Both the position numbers and the translations under genes were made by a program. From Macrostomum hystrix (lineage: Eukaryota > Animalia > Platyhelminthes), in the NCBI GenBank assembly GCA_950097015.1, contig CATNEN010000015.1:620001-684000 (forward strand): 64,000 bases of DNA, in the 5' to 3' direction. The first letter of the stretch is position 1. Every line of letters starts with the position of its first letter. The notes beneath the pieces were generated by a model. It saw only the letters and a program-made list of their open reading frames with translations. It ran no database searches and was not told the DNA's origin. Below, piece after piece: positions 25,301 through 36,200 of the stretch.

Positions 25301-28300
25301 CCGAAAACGCAGTATTTGCACTTCTAAATAACATTTTTAATTTCTTAACATTTTTTTAGATTTTTCCTTTTTTTGTTTTTCCGATCCTATGCGCAATTAA
25401 CATAGAAAGTTATTTTTAGCAGCGAAAAGCGACTTCAACAACAAAAATCTATTAAACGCTACATTAGAAAAAAATTAACTTGCTTAAGAACAAACAGCCC
25501 AACGACATACGTATGTAGCATTTTTCTGTGTCTCTGTATCTGTATAGAACTACTATAATATCCTAGTCCTAGGTACATCAGCCAGAAACCCGACCTACCG
25601 CATAGACAAAGCCATAGACATATTCTGCCCGGTTGGCCAGTGTGAAAAGCACCCTGGCGCGGTAAATGTCCTTTGCTTCGGCGAGCTTCTAAAATGGATT
25701 AAAAAGCATTTCCCATGTATACTACTTGTATGGTGTCTACTCAGTAGTATAACCAGGAAATGCTATTGTTTCCTTAAAGAAATAGTAACTCACAATCAGC
25801 AGTCGCAGGTCTTCCTCAGTCAATGGAGAGTCCTCCCTGTAGGACACGTGCTCGCTGGAGTACGAATGCACAATCAGTGTGCCCCGCTTACTAAACTTTC
25901 CTGCAGTTTAGTCAGTGGCATTTAGATAAAATAAAAATAAAACCTTATAGCCGACTATGAAAATATATTAATACTTTACCTTTTACAAGCTCATGCTCCA
26001 GTGTGAATTGCGAAACTTGTCCAAACTCGTCGTCCTGTGAAAATAATTTTTAATACAGCTTAAGCTTTTATTAATGTCACCTCTTCAGTTTGACTGAACT
26101 TTAGTAGGGTTCAGCTAAAAGTAAGACAAATTTAAAAAATAAAAACTGGAGTTCTACAGTAATTCTACATCCAATTCTACAGTAACATTACAGTAAAATA
26201 CTTTTCCTATTTTTAATCACACCAGAATTGGACAAAGTATTTCTCAATGATTTGTATATATACAATAGCAAAATGTGTATTAGCTTTAGTTCACAATTAT
26301 TGACAAAAATGCTTCATTTTAAAAGATTGTAAAACAGAGACAATGCATTGTCTGATTTGCTTTAATGGAACTTACTTTTGAGAAATCAAGTAAATATCTG
26401 GTAACACTTATATCAATATGTAATATAGAAACAAATAGGTGACTGTGAACCAAAATGTAGATTACAAACCAATATGACTAAATTATAGTATCTTTGTGCA
26501 TAAATTTGAGCTTCAGATAATATTTGATAGCACTTTTAGGTAATTTTTTGCCTTTTAAATGTAATTTTACTGCATGTGTTTAATTAATTGATAACAATGT
26601 TGCCTACCAGCAATTAATTAGTTTCTCCTCAATATTGAGTCTTTCTAGCTAAAATATATAGGTATAAAAGTATTACATATATATTAGCTTTTATTAGCAA
26701 AATGTATTCCTGGCCTCAATGCACTGAAGCAGAGATGGCTTCTGTTTGCTTGTGCCTTGCACAACAAACATAAACTCAAAAACATTGGCAGCTTGTTCTG
26801 GAAGGTCTTGTGGTGCCATGCCCTCCATTGACATAGCAAGACTGACTGGCCCCTCAAATGGACCTGCATCAAGAGAGTACAGCCTCTGCTGCCACACCCA
26901 ATGTTGCAATAATCTCGACCACCACTGGTGCCACCCCCACTTGGCAATTGTTACAAGCCCACTCGATTTGTCTTGCCCTATCAAGATTTGACATTGAGCC
27001 TACAAGATGCCTGTGCTGCATGTCATGTGCTGCAACTGTTGACACAGATTGCACTGCAGAGCCTGTTGACAAGGCCAGATGGCTTCAGAGCAGTTGATGC
27101 CCCTTTAGCAGAGAACCAATACCCTTTTTAGCAGAGAACCAATACCCTTTTTTAGCAGAGAACCAATACCCTTTTTTAGCAGAGAACCAATACCCTTTTT
27201 TAGCAGAGAACCAATACCCTTTTTAGCAGAGAACCAATACCCTTTTTAGCAGAGAACCAATACCTTTTTTTAGCAGAGAACCAATACCCTTTTTTAGCAG
27301 AGAACCAATACCCTTTTTTAGCAGAGAACCAATACCCTTTTTTAGCAGAGAACCTATGCCCCCTTTAGACATGATTACCAAGCATGTTTCAGTTGTACAT
27401 GTAAACTCATGCAGATATGTTGCCCATTATTGGGAGCAAACATATATACATGTATACATACAACTAAATATACATTTAGTCAATTGTCAATTTACTTGAA
27501 ACATTGTGTTGAGAGAAAAGAAGGAAGACTGGATCTGAGATTAATGGGGACTTAAGAAGCAGTATGTGCAGTAAGCTGATTGAATTGAATGTTCACTTGC
27601 AACTTGACACTTGCATAGGCCAAGTGGATAGCTATATTACATGTCAATACACAATGAGTTGAAACTTGTTTATACACCAACTTGATTCACATGTTTAAAT
27701 GTACAAAAAGTGTACGCCAAAAGTCATTGAAGACCCAAAGGTCTGCAAAAACTGGTTTGGCATACATGCCACCTTCCAGACTATGGGCTACAGGTACCTG
27801 GACACTTCGTCATCTTACAACTTTGTCATCCAATGACGATCTGTCCAATATCTCAGAGGGTGGATGACGAAGAGACTTAGACTTGTGGACACTTTGTCAT
27901 CTATAGAACAAAAGTTTTCAAAGTTAAAACAGAACCACCCCTCCTCACATCATGTTGGCACCTATCTTTCAACTCTATAATGAAATCAGTTTTGACACCT
28001 CTTTTTGGTAACAGGACAATTCGGTAACAGACAATTCGGTAACAGACAGTTCGGTAACACCACAGGACAGTTCGGTAACATATCAAGGGACAGTTCGGTA
28101 ACAATTGATTAACCTAGCTTGTAGAAGCCAAGGTTACCGCTTCGCGCCCTCTGATTGAGTCGATTGTGATAACCTTCCGGGCCATTGTTGGTTCGAATGC
28201 TGCGGTTGAAAACGCTAACTTCGTCGAGCTGCCAGACATGACTGTGGATGTGGATCCATGTGTTAGCGATGTACTCACAGAGTGCGCTCAGCTGCTCATT

Positions 28301-29485
28301 TTCTACTGCCTGTTGCAACCTAGCATCGTTGCTAGTCCTAGCAACGATAGTAGATACATTGTTAGAACAAACCTAGATTGATTTTATTGACTTTCAATTG
28401 TTACCGAACTGTCCCCGGTGTGTTACCAAACTGTCTCCTGTATGTTACCGAACTGTCCTTGAGTGTTACCGAACTGTCTGTTACCGAACTGTCTGTTACC
28501 GAACTGTCCTGTATTCCTTTTTTTGACAATTTAGAGTGTGAAGTGTGTTCACACCTCTGCCCCAGCCCCACCCTCACTTTATTGATGATGAACTTGATTA
28601 TTATTATTATTATTAAGACGCTGAAGAGTCAGAGACCCTTAGCGCTCACACGCTCGCGAAAAAGCTCAGAGGGGCAGGAAGTAGCCTCAAGCGGAGTGAG
28701 GTTGATGGCCTGATTGGCCTCAATGGCCTCATCAAGGTTGATGAACTTGATTGCTTGTTATTAGTAGATAATGAACTGACCAAACTTTAAAGCATGCCAA
28801 TTAGCTGGATGACGAAGTGTCCTACCTTCCAAGTGGATGACAAAGTTGTAAGATGACAAAGTTGTTAGATGACAAAATGTCTAGGATCCTGGGCTACATG
28901 CACATGACAACTAAAGCTTTGTTCAAGTTGCTGTATGTTAATATAAAATATAATTTGGTAGCAAGAGTTATTAAGAAACTTGTTTTCAATTTATGTTTGC
29001 AAATATTGAATAAAGATTATCATTTGGTACCAAAAAGCACTGACTAGCTCAGAAATAGCAAGTAACAAAATTCACTAGTACTGAAATGCATGGAATGAAA
29101 TACCTTTTCATTTGGACTATAATAAGCTAGATCGCTCAAACTAACTAAAGTGAAGCTTTGCTGTCAGAAATTATTAAGAATAAAAAGGAATCCAGATGTT
29201 ATGAGTTGGTAAAAATTGTTTAAAGCTACTAAAATTTTGTTTACAAGACAAGGTGGATGGGTGAAATCTTTAATAAAAAAATAAACTGAAAAGTTCTACC
29301 AGTACCCGTTTGTTATTGTACTTATAATAAGGATATATGTACACAAACATTTTAATGAGTTAGTTATTCTATTGGTATTGCTTGCTGTTAGCAAGCTTTT
29401 GCTCACTCACCAATGTGGATTGTGATGACACATAGTCATAGGTAGAAATACTTATAAAAAAACTGAGAATAAAAAAGAACTTCAT
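22381..29485 (-). CDS. EMC10: ER membrane protein complex subunit 10, 238 aa; complement(join(22381..22561,24005..24213,25599..25688,25794..25900,25980..26034,29411..29485))
   Basis: All five introns are GT-AG and phase-consistent (717 nt total). Signal peptide MKFFFILSFFISIS; motifs FTLEH, FSKRGTL, YRARV, FVYACDLL and C-terminal FLMKYWMYIVPAVLVFVM...QGGGGS are typical of EMC10. Confidence 0.92.
22562..23640. repeat. 30-bp minisatellite GGAAATAGGGAAGCGGGGTTTGAAGACATG in the last EMC10 intron
   Basis: About 35 copies; the array abuts the 3' splice site. Confidence 0.96.
24313..25214. repeat. 23-bp minisatellite ATAACTACCTGTTAGACAGGGAT in EMC10 intron 4
   Basis: About 39 direct copies. Confidence 0.96.
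27108..27355. repeat. 23-25-bp tandem repeat AGCAGAGAACCAATACCCTTTTT(T)
   Basis: About 10 copies differing in T-run length. Confidence 0.93.
28006..28512. mobile_element. Nested TIR element; arms built from tandem CAGTTCGGTAACA / TGTTACCGAACTG subrepeats
   Basis: Left arm ~28014-28105 is the inverse of the right arm ~28400-28509. No clean TSD seen. Confidence 0.75.
28109..28318 (-). pseudogene. MULE transposase C-terminal fragment
   Basis: YIANTWI...W...SVFNRSIRTNNGPEGYHNRLN matches the RTNNxxEGxHNRLN motif around the catalytic Glu of animal Mutator-like transposases. Confidence 0.8.
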
Positions 29486-30490
29486 TTTACCGTTTGGCCT
29501 AGTCTTACTTATTAACAACCGAAAAACGCAGCCCAATTAAAAAGCAATCAAATTAGTTAAGGATTAAGAATGACGAATTCGATTTCTAGTCCAATCAAAT
29601 GCAACGTTTTCTTGCCTTATTTTCTAGAAAATCGTGTAACTTTAAAATTTACTTCACGCAGCGAAAGCGGCATAACAAAAGTAACCATAGCAGTAAAGGT
29701 ATACTGTAATGTTTTTGATTAATACACCTCATTACTTTCTATTAGGCACGCTTAAATAATACAAAAAGAAAGCATCTCAATAAATACATAATTATTTCCT
29801 GGAAATTGCACTCGAATCCAAAATTTTAAAGTTCAGTCAATTTTAAATAATCAATCTTGCTTGGCCTGATCTGAGCTGCCATTTTTTATAAACTAAGCCT
29901 AGTCCACTTTAATTTTAGAAATTAAAATGTCTGTATTTATGTTATTTTATAAATGATAGCGTTTTTCGTCGCACTGCTCTGTACTACAAGCTGTCAGTGT
30001 CACTATGTTAGATAAAGCATTTTTCGTTATTATGAATTGTGTAGCCTTTATGTGCAGTGAATAGCTTCATGGTCGCTTATCGACAATTTAGAAAACTTCT
30101 GATTGCCTATAAATTATAATCCACTAATTTTATTTTTTTATCTATACAATCCACTTTCAGCTTTCCCTATTGCATATAAATTATAATCCAATAATTTTTA
30201 ATTTTCTATCTTTACAATCCACATTCAGCTTGTCAAATCGACATGAGTTGACCTTGCCTTGTAAAACCCACCAATAAGTTTTTCCATTCATAAATCTAAA
30301 TAGGCCTATTTGAATTTCAATGAAATCAAACTGCTAATTCTGTTTCTGTGTTAGAAATGTACGAGTATATACTCTGTGTTTAAAGTATTCTACAAATTCT
30401 TGTAATGGCCTGGCCTGCCCTTACCCCCTATTTAAATTTGAAAAATATAAATGAATATATAGCAGTGCATATTGCCACTGTAGGCCTACC

Positions 30491-30605
30491 ATAATAATAA
30501 TAATTGCAGGAGGGCTGCAGTCAATGGCACATTATTTAGTGACACTAGACCTGCAGCCAGTGAGGAAATTCTGCCCATTTCGCTGACTCCTGAGCACACA
30601 CACAC
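30491..30605 (-). mobile_element. SINE family A, 3' fragment with (TAA)n-type tail
   Basis: Matches the 3' half of the copies at 34.7 and 59.8 kb. Confidence 0.75.
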
Positions 30606-30740
30606 ATAATTATACTGTAAGACCTGCTTATCGGCACAAAAAACTAGACTAATCTCCTGTTTTTTCTACAATAATGCTTTGGTAATACACTCTGTATTAT
30701 CCCCAAATAGAGCAAACATCAATGTCCTTTTCCTATACAG

Positions 30741-30869
30741 ATGCCTGCAGTACAAGTTTCAATGTAATTGGCTTTGGAGGCACTGTTAAGGCAGTTAAGC
30801 ATGCTGTTCATGCAGAATTTATATCAGCTCAGATAGAACTGGTTCCTATGGTTGAGCCTGCAGATGCAG
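30741..30869 (+). CDS. Candidate symmetric (phase 1-1) 129-nt exon of an unresolved plus-strand transcript
   Basis: tttcctatacAG acceptor, open frame ACSTSFNVIGFGGTVKAVKHAVHAEFISAQIELVPMVEPADA, cag|GTGAGC donor. Confidence 0.3.
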
Positions 30870-33288
30870 GTGAGCATGTTGTTTCATTGGGTGGGTACCA
30901 GATAAAATGCAGAAACGGACATGGATCTGTACTAGATGCATAGGATAAAATGCGGAATACAGAAATACTTAGTAAAGTGCAGATTGTAGAAATGGATGTG
31001 GATGGAGATCAGAAATAATGGGTAAAACATATATCACAACATTTTATCCAACATATCTGGTCTAGATCCACATCTATTTCCGAGTTTTATCTTGTACCCA
31101 TTGGGTTAGCTTGCAATCTTTAGAAATTAGATACACTGAAGGATGTTATAAAAATGTCTCTAAATGTTACCAAAATGTATTGAGTGTTGCTTAAATATAC
31201 CTATCTTGTTTCTGAATTGTCCTTAGGTCAATATTGACACTAAAAATTGTATACTTTAACAAGAAACTTAGACTTAATAGTTTTTAGTATATAGTTTTTT
31301 TTCATAAAAAAATTGCTTTTAGTGGCTATCTTGAAGTGTAGTCCAAAGTGAAAAAAATATTAATGAATGTAAAACAATTCTTTCATTGTAAACATTGCAA
31401 AAGGCAATGTTTATTTCTTATTTACTAAAATCATATTTAAAAACTATATACTAATATAATTGTTTAAATTTTTGTTCTATTGCCATAGCATTAATGTATA
31501 AGTTTTTTATCTTGTCTTTTATACAGATAGTGGGCCTAATTGCCACAATACCATAACAGTGGTCTTTAATTTATTGGCATGTACATGTTTACATATAGAT
31601 TGTATTTCTTGTTATGCTTCCCTTGACATGCTTTAGGCCTTTTAGCTAGTTTTTCACTTTTACAATTTTTGCTACTTAGCTAGATCTATACAAGGCATAT
31701 TAAAATATATTAGCTTTCTCATCACCTTCAGCAATAATACAAGGTCTTTACTTGTATAAAATGTTTGCTGTACCTAAATAGGTAACAATAGCAACAATGC
31801 AATAGGATGCCTGATGTTGGCTAGCTATTAGCTAAAAATTTGCTAGCTATTACCTACAAGTTATTAAATAAAATAAAGTAAAATATTACCTAGCTTTACC
31901 TAGCTTTGCTCTGCAAAAATATTAAACAAGTAACAACGGACAAATCAATAATTGAAAAATTTCTGAAATGACTTTTAAAAGTTTAAAGAATATATGCCTA
32001 ACATTGAAATGTAATTGAAAATAAGTTTATTAGTTAAAGTCACAAATATTGAATTTTATATATATGTTTTGTTTGGATTAGCAATTCTAATATTAAGTGT
32101 TAGACTCCATACAATAAAGTTGCTAATGTTCAACTGAAGCTATAGACTTTATGTTTTACAATTCTGTCATTGTTGTAACTATTGTTTACTAAAAATGGGA
32201 CAAATAATAAGTCTTAGTAGCTTAGCTAATAAAAAATGTTAATTAAATAATAATAATGTTAAAAAAATTAAATAAAAACTAAGCATTTCAGGCTTCCAGC
32301 TCTTAATCAGACCAAATCTTAAAAAAACATGCAGGGAATAAGAATGAGTTAGTCTTGTTGCTGCTTATGGGATTTAGCAATTATTTTGATTTCTAGCTAT
32401 TATCCAATAGTTGACCCATGTTGTTTGTGTTTGCTTCTGAATTCTAGGGAGCTGCTGAAATCTAAGTGGGAGCATGCTTTTGATAGATTTTCTGTGCTCA
32501 TGTCATCCATAGCTAGCTATAGTATCTGCCTGGTCACCCGGCCTCTATGTCCATTGGGCCAGTTGGCTACACAGCAATAACTGGACATGGTTTGTAACCA
32601 TGTAGATACAATTCAGATCCAGAATTGATTTCTCAATCTCAATCCAGTTTCTCAGTTTTAGATGTATTGAATAAACTAATTATTAAAATGGTTGGCTCAT
32701 TTGGCAATATTTATACAATAATGGAATCAATTTGTTAATCTAGATAGATTTCTAGTATGCTCATATGCTCAAAAATGGTGATCATTGAATTTTTTATCTG
32801 TATTTATAATATAGATTCTTCATTCACCTTATTCCTTTTTAACCCACAATGACTAATGTTGCTTTATTTTTTAACAGCTTCTAGATTTACTTAATAATTG
32901 TTTGTAATAGATTCAAACTTGACTATAGTAGTAAAATTCTTTTGAAACATATTTTCTAAGGGTCCTATTATATATTAAATGGCTACGCAGTTTACATCCA
33001 AGGTACTCATAAAAAATTATCTCTGATAATAAAGCAAATTGTGGTTCGATTTCTTACCTGTTTTAATATAATCTTAGCAGGTTTAGGTTATGTACTTAAA
33101 TCACTCGCCAGTCCATATGTACTTTTCAGGTTGCATCTGGTACTGGGCCATAGTGGGCCTAAATCAATACAGCCTCACTGTGCCACAGTTGTCACTGAAA
33201 TTTGTTTGTCAATACACCGATTGCCCAGCTTCAGCTCAATTCAATTAAATCTGTGGGGACTTTATTGAGGCCACGGAATTCTGATAGC

Positions 33289-36200
33289 ATGAGCGGGCCA
33301 GTGAACACAGAGCCAGCCGGGGAGGCCGCCACCGAGACTCTGAATTCTGAAGCCGCCACCCATCTGCCTCCGCCCCCGCCTCCCCCGCCTTCTATTCCTG
33401 CCGCTGGTGAGGACAAGAAGCCTAAGCAGCAGCAGCAGCAGACCAAGAAGACTTCAGCGCCAGAAGTGGACCCGGACGCGCCCTGCGATTGTCGAGTCTG
33501 TCGGGCCGCTAGCGCCGCTGGCAGCGCCGGTAGGCGGCGAGTCGCGGCCGTGGCCGCTCGAGTTCAACGAAGCCTGCGCGCACTGAGCGCCGGCAGCTCC
33601 GCGGAGATGCAGCAACAGCAGCAGCAGCAGGCGAGCGCCCCGGACCCGAAACTGGCCAGAATGGCGGATTGGCTGGTGGACCGGGACCCCGGCGCACTCT
33701 ACAATGCACTGGAGGATGTCGGCAGGCAGCAGGTGCGCTTTGAGTAAAGCTGTCAATCTCTACAGATCCTTAGAGAGAGCTGTCAATCTCTACAGATCCT
33801 TAGAGAGAGCTGTCAATCTCTCCAGATCCTTAGAGAGAGCTGTCAATCTCTACAGATCCTTAGAGAGAGCTGTCAATCTCTACAGATCCTTAGAGAGAGC
33901 TGTCAATCTCTACAGATCCTTAGAGAGAGCTGTCAATCTCTACAGATCCTTAGAGAGAGCTGTCAATCTCTACAGATCCTTAGAGAGAGCTGTCAATCTC
34001 TCCAGATCCTTAGAGAGAGCTGTCAATCTCTCCAGATCCTTCAATTGGTTCGAGAGTAAAGCCCCCATCCCGTGACCGCCCGCCTTCCAGGTGCAGGATG
34101 CGCAGAACCGCCTGCTAGCCCAGCTGAAGGACACAGGCCTTGGCAAGCGTGACCATTGCCGCGCCTTCGTGCTGGCTATGTGGCGAGAGTTCGAGCGACT
34201 CCAGCGCACCGCCAAGCGCCAGTCGGAGGTGATTCGCACTCTGGAGGCCACTCACCTGTCCGAGATGGACCTGTCCTGGGAGCTGCTGTGCCAGCACTGG
34301 TTCCACTCGCTCGTGTACTCATGCGATCAGATGCGGGCAGTGCATGGCGTGCTGATGGAACGGTTGAAGCCCCTGCCAGAAGATCGCGAGACTCCATCGC
34401 CGCTGAGACGATTCCTCGAGCTGGATGCCGCGATGTCAGAAGTGGCAAAGCGGTGGCGCAAGGCGCAGCAGCTGCTGGACACCTGGCAGGAGCGCAACTG
34501 CCCCCCACCTCCTGCCGCCGCGTGTCTGGGCTTGGCCGAGGACCTGCTGTCAGACGAGTCACTGATGCGACAGCTGTACAAGATGCACGTCAGCCAGGGT
34601 GAGGGCCGTGCGATGGCCAATCAGATGCCACAGTGTTCTGACTGACCAATCAGATGCCAGGGGTTCTAAATACTGACTAGATCCCAGGGTGTAGTAATAA
34701 TAATAATAATTGCATTAGGGAAGCGTGCAATGGCACATCATTTAGCGACACAAGACCCGCAGCCAGCGATTCTGCTTACTCCTGAGCACACACGCACACA
34801 GATACCTTACGCAGGCACACGCTCACACAGGTGTGTACATCTGCCCTGACTTTCTCATTCTCAAGGTTGGCATTCAAGGCCGTAAATTGTACGACTAAGC
34901 CTTCTCTCCACGGCTGCGCCGCAATTTAATGTGGCCTCGCTGCGGAATCGAGCTCAGGGACCTTTAGATGGACGCGTTAGACAGCTCTGCCACTCGGTCC
35001 CCAATCCCAGGGTGTTGTAAATAACGAATCCCAGGACTTCTTGCAAAGCTGCACTACCCCAATCTCATCTTGAAAGGCGGCGTTGCAAACGGAGCGAATT
35101 CCGGCTCTTCGCCCCCATCGTCGTCTGGTCAGCCGATGACAGCAGCAGGAGGAGGCGGCGGCAGCGATGCCGGGATCCTTGACGGCATCAATGCGTCCTC
35201 TTCCTCGTACACCTGCATGAAATGTCGCCGCACCCTGTGCGCCTGCACGGTGTGCTCGTTCTCGCACTACGTCACCTGCGGCATGCGGCCGGGATTCGTT
35301 GACGCCGGCGATGTTGACGAGGCCGAAGCCGAGCGTAGACGGCGCCGGCGACAGAAGCGCCATCAGCAGCATCAGGACCAGCAGCACGGATCTCACTGCG
35401 GCTGCGGCGGCGGTGGCGACAAGCACACAGACTCCGCCTCCGGCTCCTCAGGTTCATCAACTTCGCCCGATCGACTGTCGATGTCCAGCTCGTCCTTCTG
35501 CTCCTCGTCATCTTCAGTGGGTTCCTCGCGGTCGGCCTCGCCGTCAGCGGGCGATGATGGCTCGCTTGATGATCGCGGCCGGGCCAGGCATCGGCGACGA
35601 TCGCGACACGGCGACGGCGGCTCTCGCGATGCCACGGCGGCATCTGTGGCGTCGGCTGTCATCGAGTCGGCAGCCGCGAATGTGGCAGCGTCCGGGCGCG
35701 GTCGCCGAGGTGTCTCCCTATCGCCTTCGGGCGTGTCCAGATCTTTGGACGGTGGCGCGCATGCGCCCAGCAATGGCGCCGGCGTCTCGCCTTCTTCAAC
35801 ATCGCCGAACTCGAAGTTCTGCGACTGCTGCTACTGCGAGGTGTTCGGCCACGCGGGTGGGGCGGGAGGCGCCGGTGCGGGCCAGCAGCCGCCGGTGCCA
35901 CCGAAGTTCTTTGAGAAGCGCGAGCAGCTGCGACAGAAGCTGAAGCGAAAGAAGGAGCAAAAACAGCAGCAGCAGCAGCAGGAGGAGGAGCGCAAGGATC
36001 AGACAGGGCTGCCGTCACCTCCAACCAGCAGGGACATTGACGACCTGGTCAAGTTCATCGAGGGCGAGGCGGCGACGTCAGCCGCGGCTTCGGCGGCAAA
36101 GCGCGAAGCGAAGAAGGCCAGGCAGAAAGCGAAGAAGGCGGCGGCAGCGGCAGCGGCGGAGTCGTCCAGTTCCTCGACCGCCAAGAAGGGCGTCGAGGCC

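Larger units (their letters stand above)
27793..28889. mobile_element. Non-autonomous Mutator (MULE) DNA transposon in EMC10 intron 1
   Basis: Imperfect TIRs GGTACCTGGACACTTCGTCATC... / ...GATGACAAAATGTCTAGGATCC. Perfect 9-bp TSD TGGGCTACA at 27784-27792 and 28890-28898. Confidence 0.85.
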
